From the NCBI RefSeq assembly GCF_963921235.1, contig NC_086115.1, positions 52,452,001 through 52,516,000 on the forward strand: a DNA stretch of 64,000 nt, given 5' to 3'. Below the pieces are notes generated by a model. It was not told the origin of the DNA. It did no database searches and worked only from the letters and a program-made list of their open reading frames with translations. How positions within the stretch are numbered: the stretch's first letter is position 1; each line of letters starts with the position of its first letter. The translations under genes were made by a program, and so were the position numbers. The DNA is from Mobula hypostoma. Its lineage: Eukaryota. Positions 52,482 through 64,000 of the stretch are shown in pieces.

Positions 52482-54838
52482 GATGAATAAACACTTCTCG
52501 GGCTTCCAACCGGGTACAGGTATCGATTCTAACCGACATTTCAAAGACAAACTCCGCCATCTTCATCAGGGATGATGCCTGGGTATGTCTAGTCCGGTAG
52601 TATTTATACCCCCCCATAGTGCGTCCCTTCTGATTGGTTAGTCCTCATCCAATTAGGTTTCTGCTCTCCCACTTCGTTTGTAATCAAATTCTAGCTCTTA
52701 CTAGAATTGAACTGACTTTATTTCTTTAATCATTCATGTACATGAGGAGGAAAAATCTTTGTTATGTCTCTGTCTGAATGTGCAATTTATAGTAATTTGT
52801 AATAAATAGTATGTTCAAACGTTTGTACAACAGAGCAGCCAATATAGCTTGGAAAATACAATTGTCAGCATGAATTAATCAGTCTGATGGCCTTGTGGAA
52901 GAAGCTAGCCTGGAGCACGTTGGGCCCTGGCTTTAATGCTGCGGTACCATTTCCCGGATGGTAGCAGCTGGAACAGATTGTGGTTGGGGTGACTTGGGTC
53001 CCCAATGATCCTTCGGGCCCTTTTTACACAGCTGTCTCTGTAAATGTCCTGAATAGTGGGAAGTTAACACGTACGGATGCGCTGGGCTGTTTGCACCACT
53101 CTCTGCAGAGTGCTGCCAATCTGGATGCTCTCAATTATGCCCCTGTAGAAAGTCCTTCGGATTTGGGGACTCATGCCAAACTTCTTCAACTGTGTGAGAT
53201 GAAGGAGGCGCTGTTTTGCTCTTTTCACCACACAGCCGGTATGTACAGACGACGTGAGGTCCTCTGTGATGTGTATACAGAAGAACTTAAAGTTGTTCAC
53301 TCTCTACCCCAGATCCATTGATGTCAAGAAGGGTGAGCCTGTCTCCATTCCTCCTGTAGTCCACAATCAGCTCCTTTGTTGAGTGAGATTTCATCTTTGT
53401 AAAAATTCTTTTCCTCTAGTTTTATTTCAATGGCTTCCTTTACTAGGCAGTCTCAAAAGCCATTGGTGCAGGACAGTAGTCTTGTGCCATCGAAGTCAAT
53501 CCTACGGCCATTGTGAATGCATTGTTCTGCTACCACTTATTTCTCTGGGTAACCCAAATGGATACACCTCCTGTGCTCCTTAATGCGTCCTTCCACCATG
53601 TATCTCATCTAGGTGATATATGCTGCTCTGCATTCACAGGGAATCCTGTAATGCCAGCCAACCTGAGGCCCAGATCATCTTTGACCTGCATAAGCTGTGA
53701 CTTGAACTTCCTTACAGGTTTGTGGATGGTATTAATCCAGTATTCCTTCAGGATCCTGGTGATCCTTGCAGAAACTGTGGAAATATAGAGAAGATAGGTG
53801 ATAGCTATGGGTTCCTCCTTGTTAGGTTTCCAGGTCTTTTTCCTCAGCCCTTTTAAGGGCCCAATTGATTTCCTTCACCTTGTAGCCATTCTGTAAGAAT
53901 GTCGTGCGTAATTTTGTTTCCTTGGAGACTCTCCAGGTCCAAAATAGGTCTTGCGTGGTCAATTGAAGCAGAAAGAACTGCTGTATATTTGGAGGCATGA
54001 TGGTGGCTGTTATTGTTGAGGTACAAGTCCGTGTGAAAGGGCTTCCGACAGATGCCATGTCTGAGGCTACCATCTGGTTTCTGTCTTATTAGAATGTCCA
54101 GGAATGGGAGGTAACCATTCTTCTCCATCTCCATCGTAAATTGAATGTATACTGTTCAGATGGTCGTGGAGCTGCTGGAATTCCGGGAGTCCATGACTCC
54201 ACGCTATGAAGGTATCATTGATGTATCTGAAGAAGAATTTGGTGAGTAAGGGTGATGAACTCAGAGCCCTCTCCTCAAAAGTCCTCCATGCAGAAATTAG
54301 CAATAGCCAGCAACAAGGGCAAACCCATGATCACTCTGTCTGCTTGTTCATAGTAGTTCCCATTATATCCCCTTATATTTAAACTTACCCTTGCAACAGC
54401 GTACTTCTATATAGAGGAACTATCATCATGAAAACCCGCATCAAGGAGCATGGGAGATGTATCTGGGTACACGGAGAAATCAGCAGTAGCAGAACATTGC
54501 ATTCACAATGGCCATAGGGTCGACTTCAACAGCATAAAACTACTGTGTCACAAGGTAAAGGAAGCCATTTAAATAAAACTAGAGGAAAAGAATTTTAACA
54601 GAGACAAAGATCTCGCTCTTAGTAAGAAATGAAATTCGGCTGTGAACAATGTGGGAGAGCGGAAACCTGATTGGGTGAGGACTGGCCAATCAGGAGGGAC
54701 AGACTACAGGGTACAAATTCCGCCAGACTAAATGTGCCCTGGCATCATCCCTGATGAAGATGGCAGAGTTTGTGATAGAAACGTCAATTATAATTGATAT
54801 CTGTACCTGGCTGGAAGCCTGAGAAGAGTTCATTCATT
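52482..54838 (-). mobile_element. degenerate Penelope-like retroelement with inverted terminal repeats, interrupted by a Rex1 fragment (~52710-53380)
   Basis: RT motifs FFRYINDTF and LPFLDILI...RKPFHTDLYL, GIY-YIG remnants, and ~220 bp inverted repeats at 52482-52705 and ~54615-54838. Confidence 0.9.
54747..54789 (+). ncRNA. minimal hammerhead motif in PLE terminal repeat (third family)
   Basis: CTGATGA-AGATGGCAGAGTTTGTGATA-GAAAC-GTC; an inverted partner copy is at 52531-52573. Confidence 0.6.
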
Positions 54839-55554
54839 CCTCATTATTTTTCACTTTTTTTTGCTCTTGACTTTGTTTTGCAGATACCCTAGGTCTTGAT
54901 TTCTTAATCATTCCCCCCCCACCCCGCCCCAGGATTAACTTCTACCCATGTGTAATCATGAGATGAAGATTGAAGCATGAGTTGTTATCTTTACTGACGC
55001 ATCCCGAGGTCTTTACAGTTGTACACTGAAAGAGCAACTTGTCCAGCTAAATACTAATTAATTTTGAGTTTTTTAAATTTTAAATCACTTAATTTATTTA
55101 TTCCAAAAATATTTTTGTTCTATGCCCCAGCAGTGCAACAGGCAGCTATGGTAACACCTTTGGGGTGGTGAGGAAATCTACTTCATTTTGTGTTATGCAG
55201 TGAGTTTTATGTTTTCAGATGTGTTGGATGTTATTACAAATATTAGTGTAGGGACCATAATGATTCAAAACTTGAACAATTATGACTAAGCACAAATACA
55301 AATTAAGGAGGGTTTAGAACTTTGTTGTCATTGCTTAAGAAGGGGTTGTGGTGGTTCTCCAGTCCACGCAAAACTTATTTACAATGCATGCGGTATGGCT
55401 TAATCAAAAAAAATTACATGGAACAAGTGACTTTGATAGTCCATTACACTCAAAGGCCATTGGCAAGCCAGGGTGTAGCATTTATTCAGCAGCACAAGAG
55501 CCCTTGGAAAGAAGCTGGTTTTCAGTCTTGCTGTCTCAGCTAAGATGTTTCTGT

Positions 55555-56050
55555 ATCTCCTGCAGGAGATTGAACAGACGGTGTCTGGGAGATAGAATGG
55601 TTTTTAATGATGTTATAAGTGTGCCGTAGGCATTGACAGATGTAGATTGTCTCCAGGTCCGGTAGTTGAGCCCTACTAATGTGCTAATAACCCATTGGAG
55701 TGCTTTGTGATCTGTCCTACTGCAGCTAGAATGCCACATTGTCATTCCGTATGTCAGCATGCTCTCTTGCACATCAATAAAAGTTGGCTAGCAATATATG
55801 GGGAAGATTAGCTCCCCTTAAGCATCTCAGGTAGTATGGTTGTGCATTACCTACGATCAAGATTGTGTTGATGGACCAAGAGAGCTCCTTGGTGATGTTC
55901 ATCCCCAAAAACTTGAAACTGCAGACCCTTTCCACTACCTCAACACTTATGAATAGTGGGGCTTGTTTGGGACCTCTTGCCTTCCAGAAAGTCAATTATC
56001 ATTTCTTTTGTCGTCTTGATGTTGTGGTTCCTGCACCAATCGGACAGGTT
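55555..56050 (-). mobile_element. Rex1/Babar fragment
   Basis: VERVCSFKFLGMNITKELSWS..LANFY. Confidence 0.8.
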
Positions 56051-56646
56051 CAGCGCATCCTATATGTAGATTTGTTATTGTATTATACCGATATGCTTCA
56101 TTAATTAAAACATTGTAAATACTTATTTGGCATCCATGGAAAGAGATTTCAGTGATCTTTCATCAAAAGAAAAACTAATTTTGATTGTACCTTATATAGT
56201 GTGAACCATTCCAGTCTCAAATCTAAAAGTAGCAACACGGTAGAAAAAAAAACATTAATTAGAATTACAGTGATACAGGTTGTCACCCTGTTGGAAATTT
56301 TAAACAGGCTGGATTTGTTTTTTTGCTAGCAAAAAAATATTTTTTCACAGTTATGAAAGCATTTAACAAGGTGGATGATAAGAAGAGAACTGTGTGCCAC
56401 ACATAGATAAAATCCATGGGGAGATCAGGGGAACTGAGAATGTGAAATCAGTTGCAGGAGGAGAAGTCAAAGTTCAATGCACATTTATTATCAAACTATG
56501 TAATACAATATACGATCTTGAGATTTGTCTCCTTACAGGCACTCATAAAACGAAACCCCAAAAAAACCTGTTTTGTTTAAAAAAAAAAGTCCGTCAAACA
56601 CCCAATGTGCAGAGAGCTAGCATGACGAGGTAAGTAGCAACTACAT

Positions 56647-57514
56647 ACTGTGGCATGCAAAAGTTTAGGCAGCCCGGTCAAAACTTCTGTTACTGTGAAT
56701 GGGTAAGCGAGTAAAACATGACCTGATTTCCAAAAAGCATAAAGTTAAAGATGACACATTTAATAGTTTAAGCAAGATTACTTTTTTTTATTTCCATCTT
56801 TTACAGTTTCAAAATAACAAAAAAGGAGAGGGGCCCTAAGCAAAAGTTTGGGCACCCTGCATGGTCAGTACTTAGTAACACCCCCTTTGGCAAGTATCAC
56901 AGCTTGTAAACACTTTCTGTAGCCAGCTAAGAGTCTTTCAATTCTTGTTTGGGGGATTTTCGCCCATTCTTCCCTGCAAATTGCAGGCTTCTAGTTCTGT
57001 GAGATTCTTGGGCCGTTTTGCATGCACTGCTCTTTTGAGGTCTATGCACAGATTTTCAATGATGTTTAGGGTGGGGGACTGAGAGGGCAATGGCAATACC
57101 TTCAGCTTGCACCTCTTGAGGTAGTCCATTGTGGATTTTGAGGTGTGTTTAGGATCATTATCCTGTTGTACAAGCCATCCTCTTTTCATCTTCAGCTTTT
57201 TTTACAGACTCTGTGATGTTTGCTTCCAGAATTTGCTGGTACTTAATTGAATTCATTCTTCCCTGTACCAGTAAATGTTCCCCGTGCCACTGGCTGCAAC
57301 ACAAGCCCAAAGCATGATTGATCCACCCCCGTGCTTAACAGTTGGAGAGGGGTTCTTTTCATGAAATTCTGCACCCTTTTTTCTCCAAACATACCTTTGC
57401 TCATTGCGGCCAAAAAGTTCTATTCAAAAAGTTCAAAGGAACATCTAAACAAGCCTGAGGCATTTTGGAAACAAGTCCGGTGGACTGATGAAGTTAAAAT
57501 AGAACTCTTGGCCG
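56647..57514 (-). mobile_element. Tc1-like DNA transposon fragment (IR/DR type)
   Basis: Terminus TA-CTGTGGCATGCAAAAGTTTAGGCA with inner repeat CAAAAGTTTGGGCACCC (~56841); QQDNDPKH...SQSPTLNIIENL (DD34E region); WKQVRWTDEVKIEL. Confidence 0.92.
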
Positions 57515-58135
57515 CTTCACCTGCAAATCTGGTGGGGTTGTCTACTGTATCCGGTGCTCCTGATGTGGCCTCCTTTACATCCGTGAGACCTTTCATAAAC
57601 TGGGGAACTGCTTCATCGAACACATCAGTTCCACCCACCACAAGCAGGACTTCCAGGTGGCCAAGTATTTTCATTTTTGATTCTTATTCCTATTCTGACA
57701 TGTTGATCCACATCTTCCTCTTGTGCCATGAAGAGGCACCCTCAGAGTGGAGGAGCAGCACATTATATTCTGTCTGGGTAGCTTCCAACATGATAGCACG
57801 AATATAGATTTCTCTTTCCAATAAACAAAATTCACCCCACCTTTCCTCTATTCCCCACTCTGACCACTCTTTTCACCTGCTTATCACTTCCCTCATTTTC
57901 CCTCCTACGGTCCACTCTCCACTCCTATCAAGTTCCTCCTCTAGCCCTTGACCTTTTGTACCCACCTGATTTGACCTATCACCTTCCAGCTAGCCTCCTT
58001 CCCCTACCTGCATCTTTTTATTCCGGCATCTTCCCCAGTCCTTCCCAGCCCTGATTCTGAGGCTGAAACATCAAATGTTTTCTCTTTTGCTGCCTGACCT
58101 GCTGAGTTCCTCCAGCATTTTATGTGTGTTGCTTC
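57515..58135 (+). mobile_element. PLE 3' fragment (GIY-YIG to terminus)
   Basis: Homologous to 560-1100 and 43393-43830; eroded hammerhead at ~58047-58075. Confidence 0.85.
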
Positions 58136-59249
58136 AGATGTACATCACCTGCTGACTTTCTTGTTTTCTACTTCTCGGGTACCTACTTCGTTCCTAATAT
58201 AAAACAAGTCATACAATTTAAATATATTACCCTGTTTAAACTCTAAATATTTAGGGAATTCCCAAGTCCTGAACGTAAAAACCTTATTTCCTTCTATTTT
58301 TGTTTTGTGTTTTAATGCAAGGAAAAAAGAGAATCTAGATGGCATATGATGAGGCAGGCGCAAGGAGAAATTGTGGGCTAACAGTTTTTTAATTAATAAA
58401 ATCATACAGACTTAAGTATGCACATCAGCCAAAGGAACAGGAGAATTCCACTTGCAACCACAAATAATGTCATGCAATCTTTTGCATTCACTTGAGGGGG
58501 CAAACGGGCAAAATCTTCTATTGAACCTGTTTAATCCACCTGGTATTATTTCCAATGGGAGGAAAATAACAGAATGAATGTGCTTACACTGTGCAAGTGA
58601 CTTAGTAGGATGATAAGAGAGCACATTATCAATTCTGGGTAATCTGCTGCTGCTTCCCCCAAATTTCACATTTCCAAATCAAATTTTCACAATGCTGAAT
58701 TTGCAACTGTCAACTCGTTGGCACAAAGGTTTTAGCTCCATTGCCCTTGTGTTAACATCCTGAACTCTTGTGTTTTTTTTTCCCCCCCAATCGTCAGTTT
58801 TAAGGATTTTAATCTGGCCCATCTGATTCCTTCCATCTTGGGATGGGTTAGCATAAACGGCCATCACAAGCCTACAGAACTCGACGAAATTTAATCCCAC
58901 CTTGCTTCCTTCAGAGACTCCATTAGATATTTCTTTGTGACATGGAAAGATGTCATTAAGCCCACCAGTTCCAATAGCAATCACATTGCCCGATTTGTTC
59001 CCTTGCACCTATCCCCTCTCGCACACGTAACTGTTTATACCTCATTGATTTTCCTATCATCCACCCATGTCAGGGACAATTTATAATAGCCATTTAACCT
59101 GACAACAAGCACATTTTAAAGAAACTTGAGCACCTATGTATCCTCGGGAAAAGTGCATTTTCCACACAGACATGTCAGGACCCAGGCCCAGTTTGCCGGA
59201 ACTCTGAGGTAAATACACTATCAGAAGTGCTATTGTGCAACTCCTTCCA

Positions 59250-59915
59250 TTTCCTGTCTCTGTCATGGCTTGTTATCCAAAGTGATTTTCCAACTCGGGT
59301 GCCTCTGAGATGTTTTCCTTTTAAACTTGGCTTTCCTCTTTCACAGCTCACAGATGTTGACTGCTTCCCTGATCTACTTCCTGTGCCTCTGCTCTTACCC
59401 TCCCCACCCAGCGGAGAAAGGACAGTGTTTCTCCGATCCTTTTCCACCATTCCAGCCTCTACCTGCAATGGATCATTTTTTCCAAATTTCTGAAATCTTC
59501 AGAGATTCCACCAATCAGACATGTCTCTCCTTCATGTCCATTCCATTTGTGACTCTGATCTGCCCTTTCATCTGCACCAACTTGCCTTATCAGAATTTCC
59601 CATGCAACAACATCAGGGCAATCTGGACAAATATTCCAGGAGAAACCATGATGCATTTGCACTTCCAGTCTAGAGTGTTTCATTTGGTGCTCGTGATGTG
59701 GTCTTACAGATTAGTTAGCTGCTTGCTTTATACAGCATTTCCATTCGATCTGCAGAGGTGACCCTGAGATTCCAGTTGCCTGGAACTTACTTCTCCGTCC
59801 CACTCTGACCAATTGGACTGGCCTCCTGCACTGTTCTAACCAGGCCTAACACAAACCTGAAAACCTGCACTTCATTTTCCTCCTAGACATGTCGCAGCCT
59901 TTGGTTTCAGCAATT
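59250..59915 (+). mobile_element. old PLE fragment
   Basis: Degenerate similarity to the other GIY-YIG-region copies. Confidence 0.55.
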
Positions 59916-60432
59916 GCAGGTACCGCTAGAGCTCCAACTGTTCAGAAAACCTGATGGTTTTGTAGCTGGCTGACCAGGTAATGTTGTGCTCCCTCTCCCC
60001 AGCCTAACCTTCTCAGCTTACCTGATTTACTGAAAAATTTATCATACTGTGTAGCATGGAATTGAAGGAGACCAAGAAGTGCATGAAATAATGCGATAAA
60101 TCTGTCAGTCTGGCACTAACAAAACCCTGAGTGTGCTGGATTATCAGCATTGTTCTGCATTTTTCCTTTTCTGTTCATTTCAGGTGTGATAGAGAAATGG
60201 TACGAGATTATGACTGAATGCCTCCAAGTCAGAATCCTGCCTAAACACATTCAAAGGGACTGTCCCTTTTTTCAGAGTAAGGAGATCCTTGCTTAAATGC
60301 TTACTTTGGTGTACGTGGGGGGAGAGGGAGGAAGTTACTTGTGGCAGATCTGCTCTGTCACATCAGGACTGCCAGTTCTACTGTAAGGTATCCATCTATA
60401 ACATCACCTTGTGTTTTCTTCACACTATGGGC

Positions 60433-60512
60433 CAGGCATTCCCAACCTGGGGCCCATAGACTCCTTGTTTTACGGTATTGATCCATGGCATAAAAAGGAT
60501 TGGGAGTCCCTG
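60433..60512. mobile_element. 80-bp hAT MITE, same family as 19646-19725
   Basis: Colinear similarity; TSD-like CTATGGGC/ATATGGAC. Confidence 0.8.
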
Positions 60513-60702
60513 ATATGGACACTGCCTGATGTGGTACTCATTTCCAGCATACTCTGGTTTAAGATTCAACAATAGCTTTGATTTGCAACCGTTTGCATCT
60601 TGCCATTTCAGCATAGCGTTTGTTTTTCTAATAGTGCAAAGTCTATTCTTTGTATTTTTCCACCTGTCCCTGTACCTTAATTCCTCCGTCATATTCCATA
60701 TA

Positions 60703-60958
60703 TGGGTGCCATAGTAGCACAGCATTTGGTGCGATGCTTTTGCAGCTTGGGGTTCAATTCTGACACAGTCTGTAAGGAATTTGTACATTCTCCCCATGAA
60801 CACATGGGTTTCCTCCCACAGGCCAAAGACGTACCAGTTAGTAGGTTAACTGGTCATTGTAAATTGTCCTGTGATTATGCTAGTTAAATAGGTGGGTTGC
60901 TGGGCAGTGTGCCTCATTAAGGTAGAAGGGTCTGTTCCATAACTGTATTTCTAATAAA
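60703..60958 (+). mobile_element. V-SINE copy
   Basis: Homologous to 34212-34490. Confidence 0.8.
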
Positions 60959-61949
60959 GACAATTCTAGATATTTTACTAAAGTAGTAGTTTAAATGTAT
61001 ATTAAATTTATCATTATGTATTTAATATCTCAAAAATTGGATATCTATCCCACAAAACAATTACTGGACCTCCACCATCTTTCTGGAGTGAGTGCTAACA
61101 GCTGGACTGGTCTGGACAGAGACTGGACAGTTATACTCTGTATTTCACTATAAACCTTGTGTATTCAGTGTACAATAATTTTAATACTTTTACGTGAAAC
61201 CACACGCACTGAATTAAACTGGAACTTTCAATAGGTAAAGAGAGTCGGGTGCAGTAACTTAAGCAGCACCTAAAACTGTTGTTGGGCTGAAATTCGTTAC
61301 AAATCAATTTGCATTGTTACTACCGTAGAACAGGCCCCAATAGGAATATTTCCAATTATTACCCAGATCGCGCATTGCCCCTCTCCTCCCCCGTCTTGTT
61401 GTAATAACTAACAGAACAACCAGTATTTGACATTGAGAATTACCATTTTATACTGCCTTTTGCTAAAATGTATCCAGTGCACCTTCCAAGGCAGAAAAAG
61501 GCCGTCTTATGCCAAGGCCTCGGGCATGAATTAGTTCAGGTTTAATATCACCGTGAAATTTGTCTTTGCGGAAGCAGTACAATTTAATACATAAAAGGAA
61601 AAAAAGTGAACTGCAGTAAATATATAAAATAATTAAATTAAATAGGCAGTGCAAATATAACCAAATCATACCTTTTAAATGCTCGTTTTTTTTTCTCAAA
61701 ATGTTTGCACCCTCAGATGAGTATAACAGAGCCAACACAACATTTGTGCTCACATTATGCAATCTGTTTCGGGTCGGTGAGCAATGCACCGGCCGACTGA
61801 AACAAAATACGCAACCCAAACTTACGCCAAGACGAGTAAAAAAGTCGGTCCTTCAACACACACACACACACACAAAATGCCGGTGGACCTCATCGGGTCA
61901 GGCAGCAACTAGGGAAAGGAATTCTTCAGTTGGCACTTCACTCCCAGAG

Positions 61950-62760
61950 GCTGCGCCCATTATTTCGCCACGGGTACGTCATCATTGGGTCCGCCGTTTC
62001 CAGGGTGACAGTTTCCGTAGGGACCCGTTAAGCCGTCGCACTGATTCCTTCCCTGCCGAATTCTGACCCCGGCTATTGTTCGGCCGCCCCTCCGAGCTGT
62101 TGGTGGAGGAACTCGGCGGAAAATAAGCACGTCCAGACCGAGAAAGTGTCGTTAGATCCATCGGCCGGCCCGCACCCGCCATGCGGCTGGCGTGGTGGGG
62201 TTCCGCCGCCGGCACGGACTGGATGGTACTGCGGTCGGTGTGTCCCGAGTAGACGTTACATCGGAAGGTAGGCTGAGATTTAAAATGCCAGCCCGGGCGC
62301 CGGGAAATGCCCAGCCACTGAACTACGGAGCCTTTTGCACTCGAGCGGCTGTTCGGATTTGTGTGGATTCGTGTTAGCGCGGTGACGATTGAACTCTAGC
62401 CCTTTAACTCTTCTAACGAGCGCGTCAGGTAACGTCGACGCTGCCTGATCTCTCCCTTGAGGGGGGAGATGTTTATTTGGCAGCGGCAGCTTCCTCGGCC
62501 TCCATCCCCAGTGGGATGTTTCTAACCCCCCCCCTCACTTTTTACCTTTCCAACGAGCTAACGCAGCCGAACCTGCTGGTTGGCTGTGATTGACGTTCCG
62601 GCCGATCAATCGGAGCCGGCAGCGATGCACCCGAGTGTCCAATCGATCAGTAAACTTGTAGAAGAGAGGTCGCGCTCGGGTCAGGCGGCGGTGCCTGCCG
62701 CCCCCAGATGAGGTTAGGTAGGTGTTGGGCGGATCGGGATTCCTTCACCGCCCTGTTCCT
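61950..62760. promoter_or_regulatory. second CpG island / promoter of an unidentified gene (probably + strand)
   Basis: CpG-dense. CRE-like ACGTCA next to a reverse CCAAT (61976-61989), GC box CCGCCCC (~62084), CCAAT (~62639), and +-strand donor-like sites GAAG|GTAGGC (62267) and TCAG|GTAACG (62428). Confidence 0.75.
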
Positions 62761-63894
62761 GTGAAGTTGATAGTCCCAGGCAGCTTCAATCTCAGCCGAG
62801 AGTGCCCAATAGGACCCAATATCTATAAACTGTTCTTCCTCAGAAAGCGAAGCAATGGGTGAACAAAACCCTCACTCTGATCCCTTTAAAACTGCAGTTG
62901 TTGGAAGCCTGAAACATGAAAAATGTTGGGCTCGGACAGTCAGCGTCTGTAGAAAGGGAAAGGTTGTCCTAAATATCAATTTCTTGCATTTTAACTGAAC
63001 TTGTGATTCACACGTTTAATGTCTGTTTTAATATATGGCTAAAAAGTTTTAAGTTCAAATTTAATTGTCATTCATCCATATATGAATAAAGCTAAACAAA
63101 ACAGAATTCCTCTGGGGCCAAGGTGCAAAACACTGTATCAACAGTTATACACAGCGTATGTGGTGACAGGTGTGTACTCTGATAGCAAATTTTACTTTGT
63201 ACATGGCACAAGGCAGATGTGAAATAACAGTAAGCATACAGTCATAGAAAAAAGCCCAAGTCCCTGAGTGTTTTAACCTGTAGACTGATGCTGCAAGGAT
63301 GTTGTCAGCAAGAACAAGTCTGCAGCAGCCCGCAAATGAACACAATCCAGCTTGTCTTCCATCGAGCAAACACTGGAGGGCAGCACCAATGGGAGGGCCC
63401 AGCCCCCCAACCCAGCATGCACTTCAGTGCACCTGCTGCATCTCTGCTCTCTCCCTCACCCCCTTCTTCTCCTGAGCAGCTGCAACAGGTGACCCTGTGG
63501 CACGAGCGCCTAGTCCGCGCCCCAACCGAAGCTACATAGCTGTCAGTGTCACTAATGAACCAGTGAATCAGACCTGCAGTGTTCTACATTACCAATGTGG
63601 TCTTGGAAGCAGAACATCCAAGACAATTACTCACTCAGTTTGTTAGACTTTGACACTTTCCTGTAGCAGGCGGCAATATGGACCACACCAAGTCCAGCTC
63701 CTCCACTATCGAGCAACTTGCTAGTGAGGTAGGCTTGTAGTACTGGATGTTCTTAATAACCAGTAGTGTCTTGTGATCGTAAAACCATATGTTTATGCTC
63801 ACCTTGGAGGAATTAAATGCCCCTTCAAAGCAAGGGATTCTGACCTTTAGGAGCATTGGACGAACACAGAAAATCTGTTATAAGAGTAAGGGAT

Positions 63895-64000
63895 ACTCAC
63901 TCTTCCTTCAGTTAGTCCTGACGAAGGGTCTCGGCCTGAAACGTCGACTGCGCCTCTTCCTATAGATGCTGCCTGGCCTGCTGCGTTCACCAGCAACTTT
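63895..64000 (+). mobile_element. young PLE terminus running off the window end
   Basis: Near-identical to 24228-24310 and to the reverse complement of 5455-5550. Confidence 0.9.
63914..63949 (+). ncRNA. minimal type-I hammerhead ribozyme motif (PLE terminus), intact core
   Basis: AGTC-CTGACGA-AGG(GTCTCGG)CCT-GAAAC-GTC-GACT: stem I AGUC/GACU, CUGANGA, stem II, GAAA, GUC cleavage triplet, palindromic ACGU in place of stem III. Confidence 0.85.

Noticed and set aside
61982-62215. Minus-strand 77-aa ORF ending in tandem TGA TGA (considered as a microprotein or an antizyme/readthrough signal)
   Set aside because: No recognisable homology, no UCC-UGA frameshift site, and the stops overlap a CCAAT/CRE promoter motif; GC-rich islands yield such ORFs by chance

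Overview
Vertebrate genomic DNA. The repeat content (CR1, Rex1/Babar, Penelope-like elements, V-SINE/HE1-type SINEs) suggests a cartilaginous fish, most likely a ray; this is inference. Two complete genes lie head-to-head on a shared CpG-island promoter (~36.4-37.45 kb). ACADSB is on the minus strand with 11 coding exons (36429->7946, 430 aa, all GT-AG). IKZF5/Pegasus is on the plus strand with a probable non-coding first exon and 3 coding exons (44326->51774, 414 aa, 3+2 C2H2 fingers). A second CpG-island promoter (~61.95-62.76 kb) starts a transcript I cannot identify. The rest is mostly transposon debris. The most notable non-gene signal is about a dozen minimal type-I hammerhead ribozyme motifs of three sequence families, carried in Penelope-like element (PLE) termini. 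One copy (63914-63949) has a fully intact core, and several truncation or fold-back breakpoints sit on the motif. Also notable: a Thr->Arg change in the IKZF5 ZF2-ZF3 TGEKP linker, a PLE with inverted termini just 3' of IKZF5, and uORFs in the putative IKZF5 leader. All calls were read by eye, no searches were run, and repeat boundaries are approximate.
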